Shown here one piece after another: positions 1 to 9,356 of a stretch of 64,000 nt of DNA (within the stretch, counting starts at the first letter, position 1; each line of letters begins with the position of its first letter). The notes below the pieces were generated by a model. The model was not told the origin of the DNA. It ran no database searches and saw only the letters and a program-made list of their open reading frames with translations. The stretch comes from Gemmatimonadota bacterium (lineage in GTDB: Bacteria > Gemmatimonadota > Gemmatimonadetes > Gemmatimonadales > GWC2-71-9): positions 12,090-76,089 of the forward strand of contig JBDGZZ010000001.1 of the NCBI GenBank assembly GCA_039588335.1, given 5' to 3'. The translations under genes were made by a program, and so were the position numbers.

Positions 1-467
1 CTCCGATCTTGATGCTCACAGCGCGGGATTCAACCGAAGACGTTGTACGCGGACTCGATGCCGGCGCAGATGACTACCTATCGAAACCGTTCCGGTTTGA
101 CGAATTACTAGCCCGCTTGCGAGCCTTGATAAGACGCGGCGGTTCGACGCGTCTCGAACGGTTGACCTACGGTCCGTTGGAACTAAACCGCATGAAGCAT
201 CAGGCACGCACCGGCGCGCACGTACTGGATCTGACGCCTCGTGAGTTCCAACTGCTCGAACACTTCATGCTTCACCCAGAGGAAGTGGTGCGGCGGACTG
301 AGTTATTGGAAAAAGTCTGGGACATGCACTTCGATCCCGAGAGCAATGTGGTTGACGTACACGTGGGTAATCTACGCCGCAAGCTCCGGGAGGCAGGATG
401 CAGTGACCTCATTCAGACGGTCCGCGGTGTGGGTTTTTGCCTGAAGACCAACGACGCTGACAACTAA
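1..467 (+). CDS. OmpR/PhoB-family response regulator, C-terminal part (5' end outside window)
   Basis: Frame stays open to base 1. End of receiver domain (DAGADDYLSKPF) followed by a winged-helix effector domain (LTPREFQLLEHF, VRGVGF). Stop overlaps the start of the downstream kinase (TAATG). Confidence 0.9.
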   Translation, partial: PILMLTARDSTEDVVRGLDAGADDYLSKPFRFDELLARLRALIRRGGSTRLERLTYGPLELNRMKHQARTGAHVLDLTPREFQLLEHFMLHPEEVVRRTELLEKVWDMHFDPESNVVDVHVGNLRRKLREAGCSDLIQTVRGVGFCLKTNDADN

Positions 468-1879
468 TGCGGTCGCTCCGCCGCACCCTCGCGGTGCGGT
501 TATCCCTCACCATCTTCCTAGCACTCCTGCTCATCTCTCTGTGGGCATTTCTAGGCACCCACTACAGTTTGAGCCGTCAGCTTGATGAATCCCTGAAATC
601 CACTCTGCAACTCGAGGCTGCCATGCTCGCAGCCCGAATTCCAATTGGAGTCCAACCCAGCTCGAACGACTTAGACACGTATATCCGCCAAGTCAATCGG
701 TTCGTGACCGTGCGCGATTCGTTTGGTGTAGTGCAGTCCGCCAACAGTTCCTTCGCCCTCAACGTACCTGTAGACCGAGAGAACTTCGCCAGGGCAATAG
801 CCGGCGAACAGAAGCTCACGACCCAATCCTGGGGGACGCGGCGAATCAGATCGCTGTATGCGCCGGTACCAGTCAACAGCGTGGCCGGCTCAGCCGTGAT
901 ACAGGTCGCTGCCTCACTAGAACCACTAGTCGAAGTGGAGCGTCGGATCTTCTTTCTAATGCTGGGTACGGTCTTGCTGGGCACTGCCGCGACGATCGTT
1001 GGGGCGGGTTGGTTAGCCGGCTCAGCGGTGTCTCCGATAGCCGCCGTTACAGCCCAGGCAGAAGCGATAACGCCGGGAATCGTGGGGAATCGGATAACTG
1101 CCCACGCTGATGTGGCCGAGTTCAAGGGATTGGTGGGAGTGCTGAACCGAATGCTCGAGCGGCTCGAAGGAGCGCTGCAGCAGCAGAGACGCATAATAGC
1201 CGATTTGGGACACGACCTCCGTACTCCTCTCACGGCCATGCACGGAGAACTCGAAGTAGCCTTGCGCAGCGACAGGAGCCCCAAGGAGTACCGCGCAGTG
1301 CTCGAAAGTTGCCTGGAGGAGGTTGAGCACCTGAGCTCCATAGGAGAGGCGTTGGTGCTTCTGGCCCGAATCGAAGCTGGGGAGCTCACTCCAGAACTCA
1401 GCTCCACCGATCTTTCGATTCTGGCTGAAGACGCCGCCAGCCGGGTCCGGTCTAGGTCCGAAGGAAGGGACATTACGGTCAGGGGACCCCCGGGAGAGAG
1501 CGCCTTGGCGCATGTGGACTCCAAAATGATCGGGCTAGTTTTGGATCACCTCCTGTACAACGCAATCCAGCACACTCCCGAGGGTACACACATCGCGGTC
1601 ACCGTGGTCACCGGTGACGGCAGAGCGATAGTCTCGGTTGAGGACAGCGGACCTGGCATTCCCGACGATCTGCTACCCCACTTATTCGAGCGGCTGTATC
1701 GCACTGACAAGGCCAGGACCAGATCCGCCGGTGCGGGACTGGGCCTCACGATCTCCGCAGCCATCATCGATGCACACACAGGATCGATCCAAGCCTCCCG
1801 CAGTGACCTTGGCGGACTCAAGGTCTCTCTTAGACTACCCCTGGTGAGCCAACAGCAGCGGGAACCAAAGGACGGGTAG
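467..1879 (+). CDS. Sensor histidine kinase (TM-periplasmic-TM, HAMP, HisKA, HATPase)
   Basis: Two hydrophobic segments flank a ~150-aa region. H-box DLGHDLRTPLTAM; ATPase boxes LLYNAIQHTP, VEDSGPGIP, GAGLGLTISAAI. Coupled to the upstream regulator. Confidence 0.9.
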   Translation: MRSLRRTLAVRLSLTIFLALLLISLWAFLGTHYSLSRQLDESLKSTLQLEAAMLAARIPIGVQPSSNDLDTYIRQVNRFVTVRDSFGVVQSANSSFALNVPVDRENFARAIAGEQKLTTQSWGTRRIRSLYAPVPVNSVAGSAVIQVAASLEPLVEVERRIFFLMLGTVLLGTAATIVGAGWLAGSAVSPIAAVTAQAEAITPGIVGNRITAHADVAEFKGLVGVLNRMLERLEGALQQQRRIIADLGHDLRTPLTAMHGELEVALRSDRSPKEYRAVLESCLEEVEHLSSIGEALVLLARIEAGELTPELSSTDLSILAEDAASRVRSRSEGRDITVRGPPGESALAHVDSKMIGLVLDHLLYNAIQHTPEGTHIAVTVVTGDGRAIVSVEDSGPGIPDDLLPHLFERLYRTDKARTRSAGAGLGLTISAAIIDAHTGSIQASRSDLGGLKVSLRLPLVSQQQREPKDG

Positions 1880-1994
1880 CGCAGAAACTCGGGTGCTGGG
1901 TAGCTTTCTAGCCTGGTTACTGCTGGGGGACTGGCTTTCGCTGAGCGCCACGAGCCCTCAGCCCGACGGATCGTGTACTAGGAGGTAACAAAAA

Positions 1995-2390
1995 GTGAAG
2001 ACGTTTATTACACGCCTGGCGCTACCCGTGTGTGCGCTGGTATTCGTTGCTTCTACCGCAACCGCGCAGGTCAAGCAGGAATCCACTCCGACTGGGGTCA
2101 CCGAAAAGACGATCGCCGAGGGTGAGGCTCTGTTCAAGGGAGCGGGAATCTGCTTCACCTGCCATGGTCAGGACGCCAAGGGCGTACCCGGACTGGGCGC
2201 AAACCTCACCGATGATGAGTGGACCCAAGCCGACGGCACGTACGAGTCCATCATCGAGACCATCACGAAGGGTGCCACCTCGTCAACCGGCGCCGTCATG
2301 CCACCTCGAGGCGGCCCCAGTCTCACCGACGAGCAGGTAAATGCAGTAGCGGCTTATGTTTGGAGTCTCAGTCACAAGCCAGCCAAATAA
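1995..2390 (+). CDS. Class-I c-type cytochrome, secreted
   Basis: GTG start preceded by AGGAGG. Signal peptide ending ATAQ. Single haem motif CFTCH and distal Met context AVMPP. Confidence 0.85.
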   Translation: MKTFITRLALPVCALVFVASTATAQVKQESTPTGVTEKTIAEGEALFKGAGICFTCHGQDAKGVPGLGANLTDDEWTQADGTYESIIETITKGATSSTGAVMPPRGGPSLTDEQVNAVAAYVWSLSHKPAK

Positions 2391-2421
2391 CTGACCCGCC
2401 TACGATAAGGCTCATGGCGAT

Positions 2422-2442
2422 CCCGCAGACAGGCTCTGCGGG
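2422..2442 (+). terminator. Hairpin downstream of cytochrome gene (possible terminator, no U tract)
   Basis: CCCGCAGA-caggc-TCTGCGGG, an 8-bp stem 30 nt after the stop at 2390. Followed by an AT-rich patch at 2490-2580. Confidence 0.35.
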
Positions 2443-2715
2443 ACCGCTCTCTCGTGTCGTCCGGAGACTGTGACGCGGGGTTGGCACTCAAGAATTATGA
2501 GTGAACTTCATGTTGCCTATGAGCTTCTTATTTAAAGGACGCTATCTATCATCTTCTCATGGAAATATCTTCTTTTGTGCGTCCGGGACCTGATAGGCAT
2601 GAGTTCAAGGCACCGGTCGAGGACCCGCACAGGTTGGGACACCGACCGGTATCTTGCAGCGTCGCCCACCGCCAGGCGGACACTACTCAGGTACCTCAAG
2701 ACATAGGAAAACGAG

Positions 2716-3156
2716 ATGAGTTCCAGACATCATTTGGCGCTTTTGATCGCGTTTGCGTTGTGTATCGGTTGCTCCGGAGAGGGAGCAGAAGGGGAAGGAT
2801 CTACGGTTGAGACGGCGCAGCCAGCACCAGAGGACCCACCCTCTTCTGGCCAACCCACGGGCAACGTCGACGCGGAGCTGGCCGATCGCGGACAATCCCT
2901 ATTTCAATCGAAGGGTTGTATCGGATGCCACACGATTGGCAGTGGACGCCTGACCGGCCCCGACCTCATGGGTGTCGTCGAGCGTCGTGAGTTCGATTGG
3001 ATCATCGCGATGATGACGAATCCAGACTCGATGGTAAAGGAAGATCCGGTCGCCAGACAGCTCTTTGCCGAATACATGACGCCCATGCTGAACATGGGAG
3101 TTAACACGGACGACGCCAGAGCGATCTACGAGTTCTTGCGGCGCGACGGACAGTAG
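2716..3156 (+). CDS. c-type cytochrome lipoprotein
   Basis: Lipoprotein signal LIAFALCIGCSG. Haem motif CIGCH and distal Met context YMTPMLNM. Confidence 0.85.
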   Translation: MSSRHHLALLIAFALCIGCSGEGAEGEGSTVETAQPAPEDPPSSGQPTGNVDAELADRGQSLFQSKGCIGCHTIGSGRLTGPDLMGVVERREFDWIIAMMTNPDSMVKEDPVARQLFAEYMTPMLNMGVNTDDARAIYEFLRRDGQ

Positions 3157-3281
3157 GAGCCATCCCTCAGGGTTCGACGGTTCTGGCTGCTTGCTCCCTC
3201 GTCCTCTGGACAATCGTTCCGGGAATGGCCGGACTTCGCTTCTTCAGGAAAGTGTGGCAGCCGATAGGGGATTGGCCACGT

Positions 3282-5561
3282 CTAGCCGGCAATCAGGCGC
3301 CAAACCTGTGCAACCAAGAAACAAACGACTAACCCCATAAACACGGGTAAAACCGTTGCCACCGAAGTCCACTTTGCGCTCTTGGTTTCCCTGTAGATCG
3401 TGTATATCGTGGTCGAGCACGGGTTGTGGAGCAGGCTGAACAACATCAAACTGATTCCGGTGAGCGCCGTCCAACCCGCGTCACGCAATATCGTTCCAGT
3501 TGCCACCGTAGATCGCTCGAACATCACACCCGCACCTTCTCCAACCGCATCATTGCCGAGCGTTAGAACCGTCAGCATGAGGATGGTCGGAATCACGATC
3601 TCGTTGGCGGGAATGGCCACGATATAGGCGAGCAAAATGACGCCGTTCAGTCCTATCAACAGCCCGAATGTGTCGAGCCGTAAGGCCACCTGTTCGGCGA
3701 TGCTCAAACCGCCGATGGAGATATTTGAAACCAGCCAGATCACTGCCCCCGCCGGCATCGCAAAGAGAACAGCACGCCAGAGTACGATCAATGTCCGATC
3801 GATCACGGAGGTGTACAGGGTCTGGAGAACACGCGGTGGCCTATAGGGTGGGAGCTCGAGGCTGAAGGTCGTCGCCTCTCCCTGCAGCACCGTACGGGAC
3901 AGCATCCAAGATGCAACCAGCATCATGGCCACACCGAGCACTGCCACACCCACCACTGCGGTTGCTGACACAAATCCTGCCACGTGTGCCGGCACCAAGG
4001 CGCCAATGAAGATCGACGCAATCAGTATCTGAGTGGGCCACCGCCCGTTGCAGAGCGAGAAGTTATTGGTGATGATCGCAATGAGCCGCTCGCGGGGACT
4101 GTCAATCACCCGCGTTGAGACAACTCCAGCCGCGTTGCACCCGAAACCCATGCACATTGTGAGCGCCTGTTTTCCGTGCGCTCCCGCCTTCTGAAATAGC
4201 TTGTCCATGTTGAATGCAACGCGCGGCAGGTAGCCAAAATCCTCCAGCAGCGTGAAGAGCGGGAAGAAGATCGCCATCGGCGGAAGCATCACACTGATTA
4301 CCCACGCTGTCGCAAGGTAAACCCCGTCGAACAAGAACCCATCAATCCACCAGGGCATGCCGACCGCGGCGGCGATGCTCTTGAGGAACGGATGCACAGT
4401 GTCCAACAGTACCGCGGCGAGCATCTGTGATGGCACGTTCGCTCCGGCTATGGTGAGCCAGAATACGGCGGTCAAGATCAGCAACATGATCGGGAATCCC
4501 GACCACCGGCTAGTAAGCAACCGATCGAGGGTCCGGTCGAAGTCGAACTTGGCTCGTGTCAAGCCCTTTATTGTGCACCGTTCTGCAATCCGCTCAGCTT
4601 CCGAGTAGATGCTTTCCGCAAGCAAGTCGTGGAAGTCCGGGCTCAGCTTCCACCGCAGGGCCTGCGCTTGGTCAATAATCGCAGAGCGCCCGTCGGACGG
4701 TGCAATCGGGTCGGCCGAGGGAGCTTCTGTCGCTTCTGGGTGCCGGTCACCGTCGGTCAGATCACCCAGATCCCCCGAAAGAACAGCAGCCTGTATCCTC
4801 GAATCGGCGTTCAGAAGTCTGTGAGCCACCCAGCGCGAGTTGGGAAGGTTGGGAAACGCAGATTCGATCGGTTCGGTAAGGGCACCAACAGCTGCCTCCA
4901 CATCGGCTGGATGTCGCTGGATTCGAAACGGGCTCGTCTGCAATTGACCAGACGCGACACGATCAATCGTCTCCAGCAACTCGGGTATTCCCTGACTCCG
5001 CCGTGCCACCGCCGGAACGACCGGCACGCCAAGCTCTCGCTCGAGGCGCTCTACATCGATTCCAATCCCATGTCGCCGGGCCTCATCCATGAGATTCAGA
5101 CATATGACCGCTCTATCCGTGATCTCGAGTATTTGCAGTACCAGGTTGAGATTGCGCTCGAGTCGCGTTGCGTCCACAACGGCAACGGTCACATCCGGCT
5201 GGCCGAACAGGATGAAGTCACGGGCAACTTCCTCGTCAACACTGCCGGCGTGCAGAGAGTAGGTCCCCGGCAGATCGATGACTTTCACCCGCTTTCCCTG
5301 GTGATCGAAGCCGCCCTCAGCTCGCGCAACCGTCTTGCCCGGCCAATTGCCGGTATGCTGTTTGAGGCCTGTCACTGCGTTGAAGACGGTGCTCTTCCCC
5401 GTATTCGGGTTCCCTGCCAGCGCGATCAGGTAATCCCACCGGTCCGGTCGGATTCCCAGCTTGACCAGATTGTCCGCCCTGTGAGCGCCGCATCCAGCGC
5501 AGTGACCGGTAACCGCGGGGATGGCCACGTCAGTTTCCCCCGCTCGGTCCAGTTCGGTCAA
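3282..5561 (-). CDS. feoB: Ferrous iron transporter FeoB
   Basis: G-domain motifs GNPNTGKST, DLPGTYS, NLMD, followed by a large polytopic permease domain. 32-nt overlap with the upstream dtxR-feoA ORF. About 40 aa of N-terminal extension before G1, so the start is uncertain. Confidence 0.92.
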   Translation of the reverse strand: MTELDRAGETDVAIPAVTGHCAGCGAHRADNLVKLGIRPDRWDYLIALAGNPNTGKSTVFNAVTGLKQHTGNWPGKTVARAEGGFDHQGKRVKVIDLPGTYSLHAGSVDEEVARDFILFGQPDVTVAVVDATRLERNLNLVLQILEITDRAVICLNLMDEARRHGIGIDVERLERELGVPVVPAVARRSQGIPELLETIDRVASGQLQTSPFRIQRHPADVEAAVGALTEPIESAFPNLPNSRWVAHRLLNADSRIQAAVLSGDLGDLTDGDRHPEATEAPSADPIAPSDGRSAIIDQAQALRWKLSPDFHDLLAESIYSEAERIAERCTIKGLTRAKFDFDRTLDRLLTSRWSGFPIMLLILTAVFWLTIAGANVPSQMLAAVLLDTVHPFLKSIAAAVGMPWWIDGFLFDGVYLATAWVISVMLPPMAIFFPLFTLLEDFGYLPRVAFNMDKLFQKAGAHGKQALTMCMGFGCNAAGVVSTRVIDSPRERLIAIITNNFSLCNGRWPTQILIASIFIGALVPAHVAGFVSATAVVGVAVLGVAMMLVASWMLSRTVLQGEATTFSLELPPYRPPRVLQTLYTSVIDRTLIVLWRAVLFAMPAGAVIWLVSNISIGGLSIAEQVALRLDTFGLLIGLNGVILLAYIVAIPANEIVIPTILMLTVLTLGNDAVGEGAGVMFERSTVATGTILRDAGWTALTGISLMLFSLLHNPCSTTIYTIYRETKSAKWTSVATVLPVFMGLVVCFLVAQVWRLIAG

Positions 5562-6564
5562 CGTAGATCCAATCTGCTTGCTGTCTGCGCAGAGCTATCA
5601 GGGCGCTCCGGATGCGATACGCCACCGGATCCCTCAGGGCACCCTCCAATTCGGCAGTGATTACGGTGCCAGGTACAACGCCTAGATCAAGTAACCGCCG
5701 ACGCTGTGGCCCTTGGCACGCATGCGCGATCTGGACCACCGTGGCTGACTCACCGGCACGCAACGAGCTGAGCTTCTCGTACGGTCCCGCCCCAATTTCC
5801 TCTGTCGGAAGAGGAAGAACGGTGATGTTGGTGGCGGCTACCGGCTCGAGTTCCCTCACCTCGCCATCAGCTGCGAACCGAATCACATCCGGTGATGTGT
5901 CGAGTAGTTCCACACGCATGAGTGGGGCCAGGTCTGCGGAAACGAGCTTTTCAAACACTTCGCGGGGCTCGTCCTCGAGGTGGACGATTGTGCCGACATC
6001 ACCTGCACGCAGCGAAGTCAGTGCCACACCGGTACGGGGCGGCAGCTCGCCCTTGGCCGTGGGAATGGGATCCCCGTGAGGATCGTAGACCGGGTGTCCC
6101 ATCCTCGCGGCGAGCTCGTCGACCTCAGCTACCGCAAGCATGTGTTCGAGCCGTTCGGCCTCGTCATGCCAGTCGGTTGGGCTCACGTTCGTGCGGTCGG
6201 CCAAGTATCGCTCCCACAGCCGGTGGGTCCTGAGGATCCGCAGCGCGTACTCTCTGCCGGGCTCCGTCAACCGCAGTCCCTCACCGCTCGAATGAACCAA
6301 CTCCAGTGTCTCTAGCCGGCTGGCCAGCCGTACTGCCATCGCCCGTGAGATCTCCAACGCCCCAGCCAGGCTGGCTACTGTCGTCACGCGACCTGAATAC
6401 TCCTCGTTGTATGAGTGCTTCAGAGCATCCTCGATGCGCACGCGCTCGGTCATCCGCAGAACTCGTGTCAGGCGGACGGCGAGGCCATGCCGTGGCCAAA
6501 AGAGGACCAGTAGAACGGCAGCCGCGATTGTGAACCAAACGAGAGCAAGGGCTGGATCGGCCAT
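5530..6564 (-). CDS. DtxR-family metalloregulator fused to two SH3-like/FeoA modules, with hydrophobic N-terminus
   Basis: wHTH TVASLAGALEISRAMAVRLASRLE. Metal/dimerisation region HRLWERYL, HPVYDPHGDPIP. FeoA-like modules LRAGDVGTIVHL... and LRAGESATVVQI...GVVPGTVITAE...IALRRQQADWIYV. N-terminal LALVWFTIAAAVLLVLFWP. Alternative start at Met38 (6453) would remove the hydrophobic segment. Confidence 0.8.
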   Translation of the reverse strand: MADPALALVWFTIAAAVLLVLFWPRHGLAVRLTRVLRMTERVRIEDALKHSYNEEYSGRVTTVASLAGALEISRAMAVRLASRLETLELVHSSGEGLRLTEPGREYALRILRTHRLWERYLADRTNVSPTDWHDEAERLEHMLAVAEVDELAARMGHPVYDPHGDPIPTAKGELPPRTGVALTSLRAGDVGTIVHLEDEPREVFEKLVSADLAPLMRVELLDTSPDVIRFAADGEVRELEPVAATNITVLPLPTEEIGAGPYEKLSSLRAGESATVVQIAHACQGPQRRRLLDLGVVPGTVITAELEGALRDPVAYRIRSALIALRRQQADWIYVDRTGPSGGN

Positions 6565-6574
6565 AGCTACTTAC

Positions 6575-6604
6575 ATTCTAGAGAATTAGGTGTGCCTAAG
6601 ATTA
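6575..6604 (-). promoter_or_regulatory. Candidate -10 element plus DtxR/IdeR-like iron box upstream of dtxR-feoA-feoB
   Basis: Minus strand: TAGAAT (6575-6580) lies 10 nt before ATG 6564. TTAGGTGTGCCTAAGATTA (6586-6604) has the core palindrome TTAGG-N4-CCTAA. It matches 13/19 positions of the IdeR/DtxR consensus TTAGGTTAGCCTAACCTAA as I recall it. Confidence 0.45.
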
Positions 6605-6683
6605 AGGTTTGGGGCCGGTAACGCAATAGGCGCTGAGCGACATGCGAAGCAGAAAACCGGCGACGCCAATATCTTCTCAACCT

Positions 6684-8021
6684 ATGGAACCATTCCGAAT
6701 CAAGGCCGTCGAGTCGATTCCGTTCACCACTCGCGCGGAGCGCGAGGGTGCGCTCCGGGAGGCGGGATACAACCTCTTTAACATTCCCTCCAACCTCATC
6801 ACAATCGACTTGCTGACTGACTCCGGAACGTCGGCTATGTCCGACCGACAGTGGGCTGCGCTGATGGTCGGAGACGAGTCGTACGCGGGGAGCCGGAACT
6901 ATTTCAGGTTCGAACAGACCGTGCGGAGAATAACGGGATACAAGAACGTGATCCCAATGCATCAAGGGCGGGTCGCCGAAAACCTGTTGTTCTCCAACTG
7001 TGTGCGGACTGGCGACCACGTGCCGAACAACATTCATTTCGACACCACCAGGGCCAACGTGGAGCACAACGGTGGAGTAGCAGTCGATTGTGTCGTAGAC
7101 GAAGCATACGACCCGCTGGTAGAGGTACCGTTCAAAGGCAACATGGACCTGGCCAAGCTGGATCGAGTGCTGGCATCTGTGGGTCGCGATCGTATCCCGC
7201 TGGTGCTACTCACAATCACAAACAACTCGGGTGGTGGGCAGCCGGTTAGCCTCGAGAACGCCGCGAAAGTATCGGAATGGTGTAGATCGAACGGGATCCC
7301 CTTCTTCTACGATGCGTGTCGTTTTGCAGAAAACGCATTCTTCTGCAAGGTCCGAAGCGACCTCAATGAGGGTATCCCGGAGATAGCCCGGCAGTTCTTC
7401 GACATGGCCGACGGGTGCACCATGTCTGCGAAGAAGGACGGTTTGGTGAACATGGGTGGATTCGTTGCCCTAAACGACGATGCGATGACCGAGAAGGTCA
7501 CCAACATGCTCATCCTGATCGAAGGATTCCCCACATATGGAGGGCTGGCCGGCCGAGACCTCGAAGCAATGGCACAGGGGTTGGAGGAGGTGCTGGACGA
7601 GCGTTATCTCGCTCATCGCATCGGTCAAGTTAGAGAGTTCGGCAAGTCCCTCATCAATGCCGGAGTGCCAATCGTGTTGCCCGTGGGGGGTCATGCAGTG
7701 TACCTGGATGCACGGCGTTTCTTGCCTCACATACCACAGGAACAGTTTCCGGCGCAAGCTCTCACCTGTTCGCTCTACCTCGAAGGTGGGATCAGAGCCG
7801 TGGAAATCGGTGGACTCATGTTTGGTGAAGATGGAACCTGGCCCGAACTCGAGTTGGTTCGACTGGCAGTTCCACGAAGAGTATACACCAAGAGCCACCT
7901 CGACTACGTTGCGGCAGTAGCGACGAAATTGTTTCAAGAAAAGGAATCGATTGGCGGCCTGAAGATCACGCATGAAGCGCAAGTATTGAGGCACTTCACC
8001 GCGCGACTGGAGCCACTCTAG
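6684..8021 (+). CDS. Tryptophanase / tyrosine phenol-lyase family PLP beta-eliminating lyase
   Basis: Collinear with TnaA/Tpl over its length: EPFRIK, LLTDSGTSAMSD, PLP-lysine context SAKKDGLVNMGGF, PVGGHAVYLDARRF. ATG 6684 preferred over the upstream ORF start at 6642. Confidence 0.9.
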   Translation: MEPFRIKAVESIPFTTRAEREGALREAGYNLFNIPSNLITIDLLTDSGTSAMSDRQWAALMVGDESYAGSRNYFRFEQTVRRITGYKNVIPMHQGRVAENLLFSNCVRTGDHVPNNIHFDTTRANVEHNGGVAVDCVVDEAYDPLVEVPFKGNMDLAKLDRVLASVGRDRIPLVLLTITNNSGGGQPVSLENAAKVSEWCRSNGIPFFYDACRFAENAFFCKVRSDLNEGIPEIARQFFDMADGCTMSAKKDGLVNMGGFVALNDDAMTEKVTNMLILIEGFPTYGGLAGRDLEAMAQGLEEVLDERYLAHRIGQVREFGKSLINAGVPIVLPVGGHAVYLDARRFLPHIPQEQFPAQALTCSLYLEGGIRAVEIGGLMFGEDGTWPELELVRLAVPRRVYTKSHLDYVAAVATKLFQEKESIGGLKITHEAQVLRHFTARLEPL

Positions 8022-8061
8022 TTTTGCGAGGCAGTCCAAATCCCGCTTAACACATGAGGAC

Positions 8062-8481
8062 ATGAGCAAACGGAGAATGCAGTCTATCACGCTGGCAACA
8101 GCCATGGCAATCCTCTTACTCGGCTGCAGCGGTGGCGCGCCCTTTGGCACGGTTGAGATTGGTGATCTGACGGTGGATGGAGAGGTAGATCCGGACTACC
8201 TCTTCCTACAGCTCGGCCAACTCGACCCACGCTTTGAAGCATGTTATGTGAGAGCGCTGCGGCAAGACCGGACTGCAGAGGGAGTAATTGAGATCCACAT
8301 GCTGGGCAGAGATGGCAGCCTCGAGCCGGAGGTCACCGCCAATCAGACGCAGAGTGAGCGCCTGGCCGACTGTGTGACAGAGGCTATATCGGGCCTCAAG
8401 ATCGTTCAACCGGCAGGTACTACGCTGTGGGACTATGTCGGAGATTGGTCTGTCAAGTTCGAGATCGTGTCAAAGAAATAA
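8062..8481 (+). CDS. Small lipoprotein, AgmX/PglI-C-terminal-like pattern (tentative)
   Basis: Lipobox LLLGCSG. Two conserved Cys contexts (FEACYVRAL, LADCVTEAI) in a ~100-aa domain. Family call from memory only. Confidence 0.55.
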   Translation: MSKRRMQSITLATAMAILLLGCSGGAPFGTVEIGDLTVDGEVDPDYLFLQLGQLDPRFEACYVRALRQDRTAEGVIEIHMLGRDGSLEPEVTANQTQSERLADCVTEAISGLKIVQPAGTTLWDYVGDWSVKFEIVSKK

Positions 8482-8517
8482 TGTGGTGGGCCCCCGATAA
8501 CATGGTGAGCAAAAGAA

Positions 8518-8547
8518 GAATGCCGGTGCCCAAGGGCACCGGCATTC
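8518..8547 (-). terminator. Intrinsic terminator of cspA (possibly bidirectional)
   Basis: Perfect 13-bp stem GAATGCCGGTGCC-caag-GGCACCGGCATTC between convergent genes. On the minus strand it is followed by TTCTTTTGCT. Confidence 0.7.
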
Positions 8548-8571
8548 TCTCAAATGGCGTGTCGTTGGAGA

Positions 8572-8793
8572 CTATTCCGATACAGTACCGGACTCGGCTT
8601 TGCGGACGTTGATTGCATGTAGTCCTTTCGGACCTTCCTCAACTTCGAACTCGACAGGATCTCCCTCTGCGAGCGTTCGGAATCCGCCGCCTTCGATCGC
8701 GGTATAGTGAACAAAGACATCGGGGCCATCGTCCCTTTCGATGAATCCGAAGCCCTTCGCGCTATTGAACCACTTCACCTTACCGTTGCTCAT
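8572..8793 (-). CDS. cspA: Cold-shock protein CspA family
   Basis: RNP1 KGFGFI and RNP2 VFVHY. AGGAG RBS 9 nt before ATG 8793. About 280 nt of non-coding sequence lies upstream, consistent with the long csp-type leaders. Confidence 0.95.
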   Translation of the reverse strand: MSNGKVKWFNSAKGFGFIERDDGPDVFVHYTAIEGGGFRTLAEGDPVEFEVEEGPKGLHAINVRKAESGTVSE

Positions 8794-9079
8794 GCTACCC
8801 AGCTCCTTCGTCGTGCTGAATGACATCCGGCCGGTTGACCGGTGTAGACCAGAGCTTGGTCCAGTCCGGTTAACCTTGAGCAGTTCTACGAAGTTGTCAA
8901 TACCGCGGGTCCCGTTACAACTGCGACCGTCGTTAGCTACGAAAACGGCGATTGTGAAAGTGTAATGGCAGGTACCCGTCCTCGCTTATACGGTTACCAA
9001 CCTCGCGAAGCTACGATCGGATCTGGCGCGAATCCATTCTCTAGAGCCTCGGTTCCGGGATCAACGATAAGTACTATTA

Positions 9080-9349
9080 TTGCTGATCCGTCGGCATCGT
9101 CCCGGACCCTCTAATGGAGTCTTCGCTACTTTGAATCTCCACTTGTTGGATACGCTGGCACTCGTTGCTTATTTCCTGGTTGTAGGCATTGTTGCCGTGG
9201 TCGCATCACGACGGGAACGCGTTGCAGCAGACTACTTCCTGGCTGGGCGTCAACTACCTTGGTGGTTGATCGGAACCATCCTGATAGCTATCCCTTTCAA
9301 ATCCGCGAACTCGGATGCCGGATCCGCAGAGCTGGCCAAGCGACGGTGA
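9080..9349 (+). pseudogene. N-terminal remnant of a sodium:solute symporter (SSF) gene
   Basis: LDTLALVAYFLVVGIVAVVASRRERVAADYFLAGRQLPWWLIGTILIA matches the first ~1.5 TM helices of SSF transporters. The frame stops after ~70-89 aa and the next gene starts at 9357. Confidence 0.5.
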
Positions 9350-9356
9350 GAGCTAA

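Noticed and set aside
2482-2498. TTGGCAC-N5 string resembling the -24 element of a sigma54 promoter upstream of the second cytochrome gene.
   Set aside because: The -12 element (TTGC) is missing at the required spacing; the sequence reads AATTA instead.
2559-2810. 83-aa ORF that starts in the AT-rich gap and runs into the second cytochrome gene in another frame.
   Set aside because: It has no RBS and basic, low-complexity content. The overlapping cytochrome frame has a lipoprotein signal and a CxxCH motif.
8794-9079. Possible cspA promoter (TTGACA at 8895-8900, minus strand) and a long 5' leader.
   Set aside because: No acceptable -10 hexamer lies at 16-18-nt spacing, so the promoter is not called. 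The long leader is only noted in the cspA evidence.
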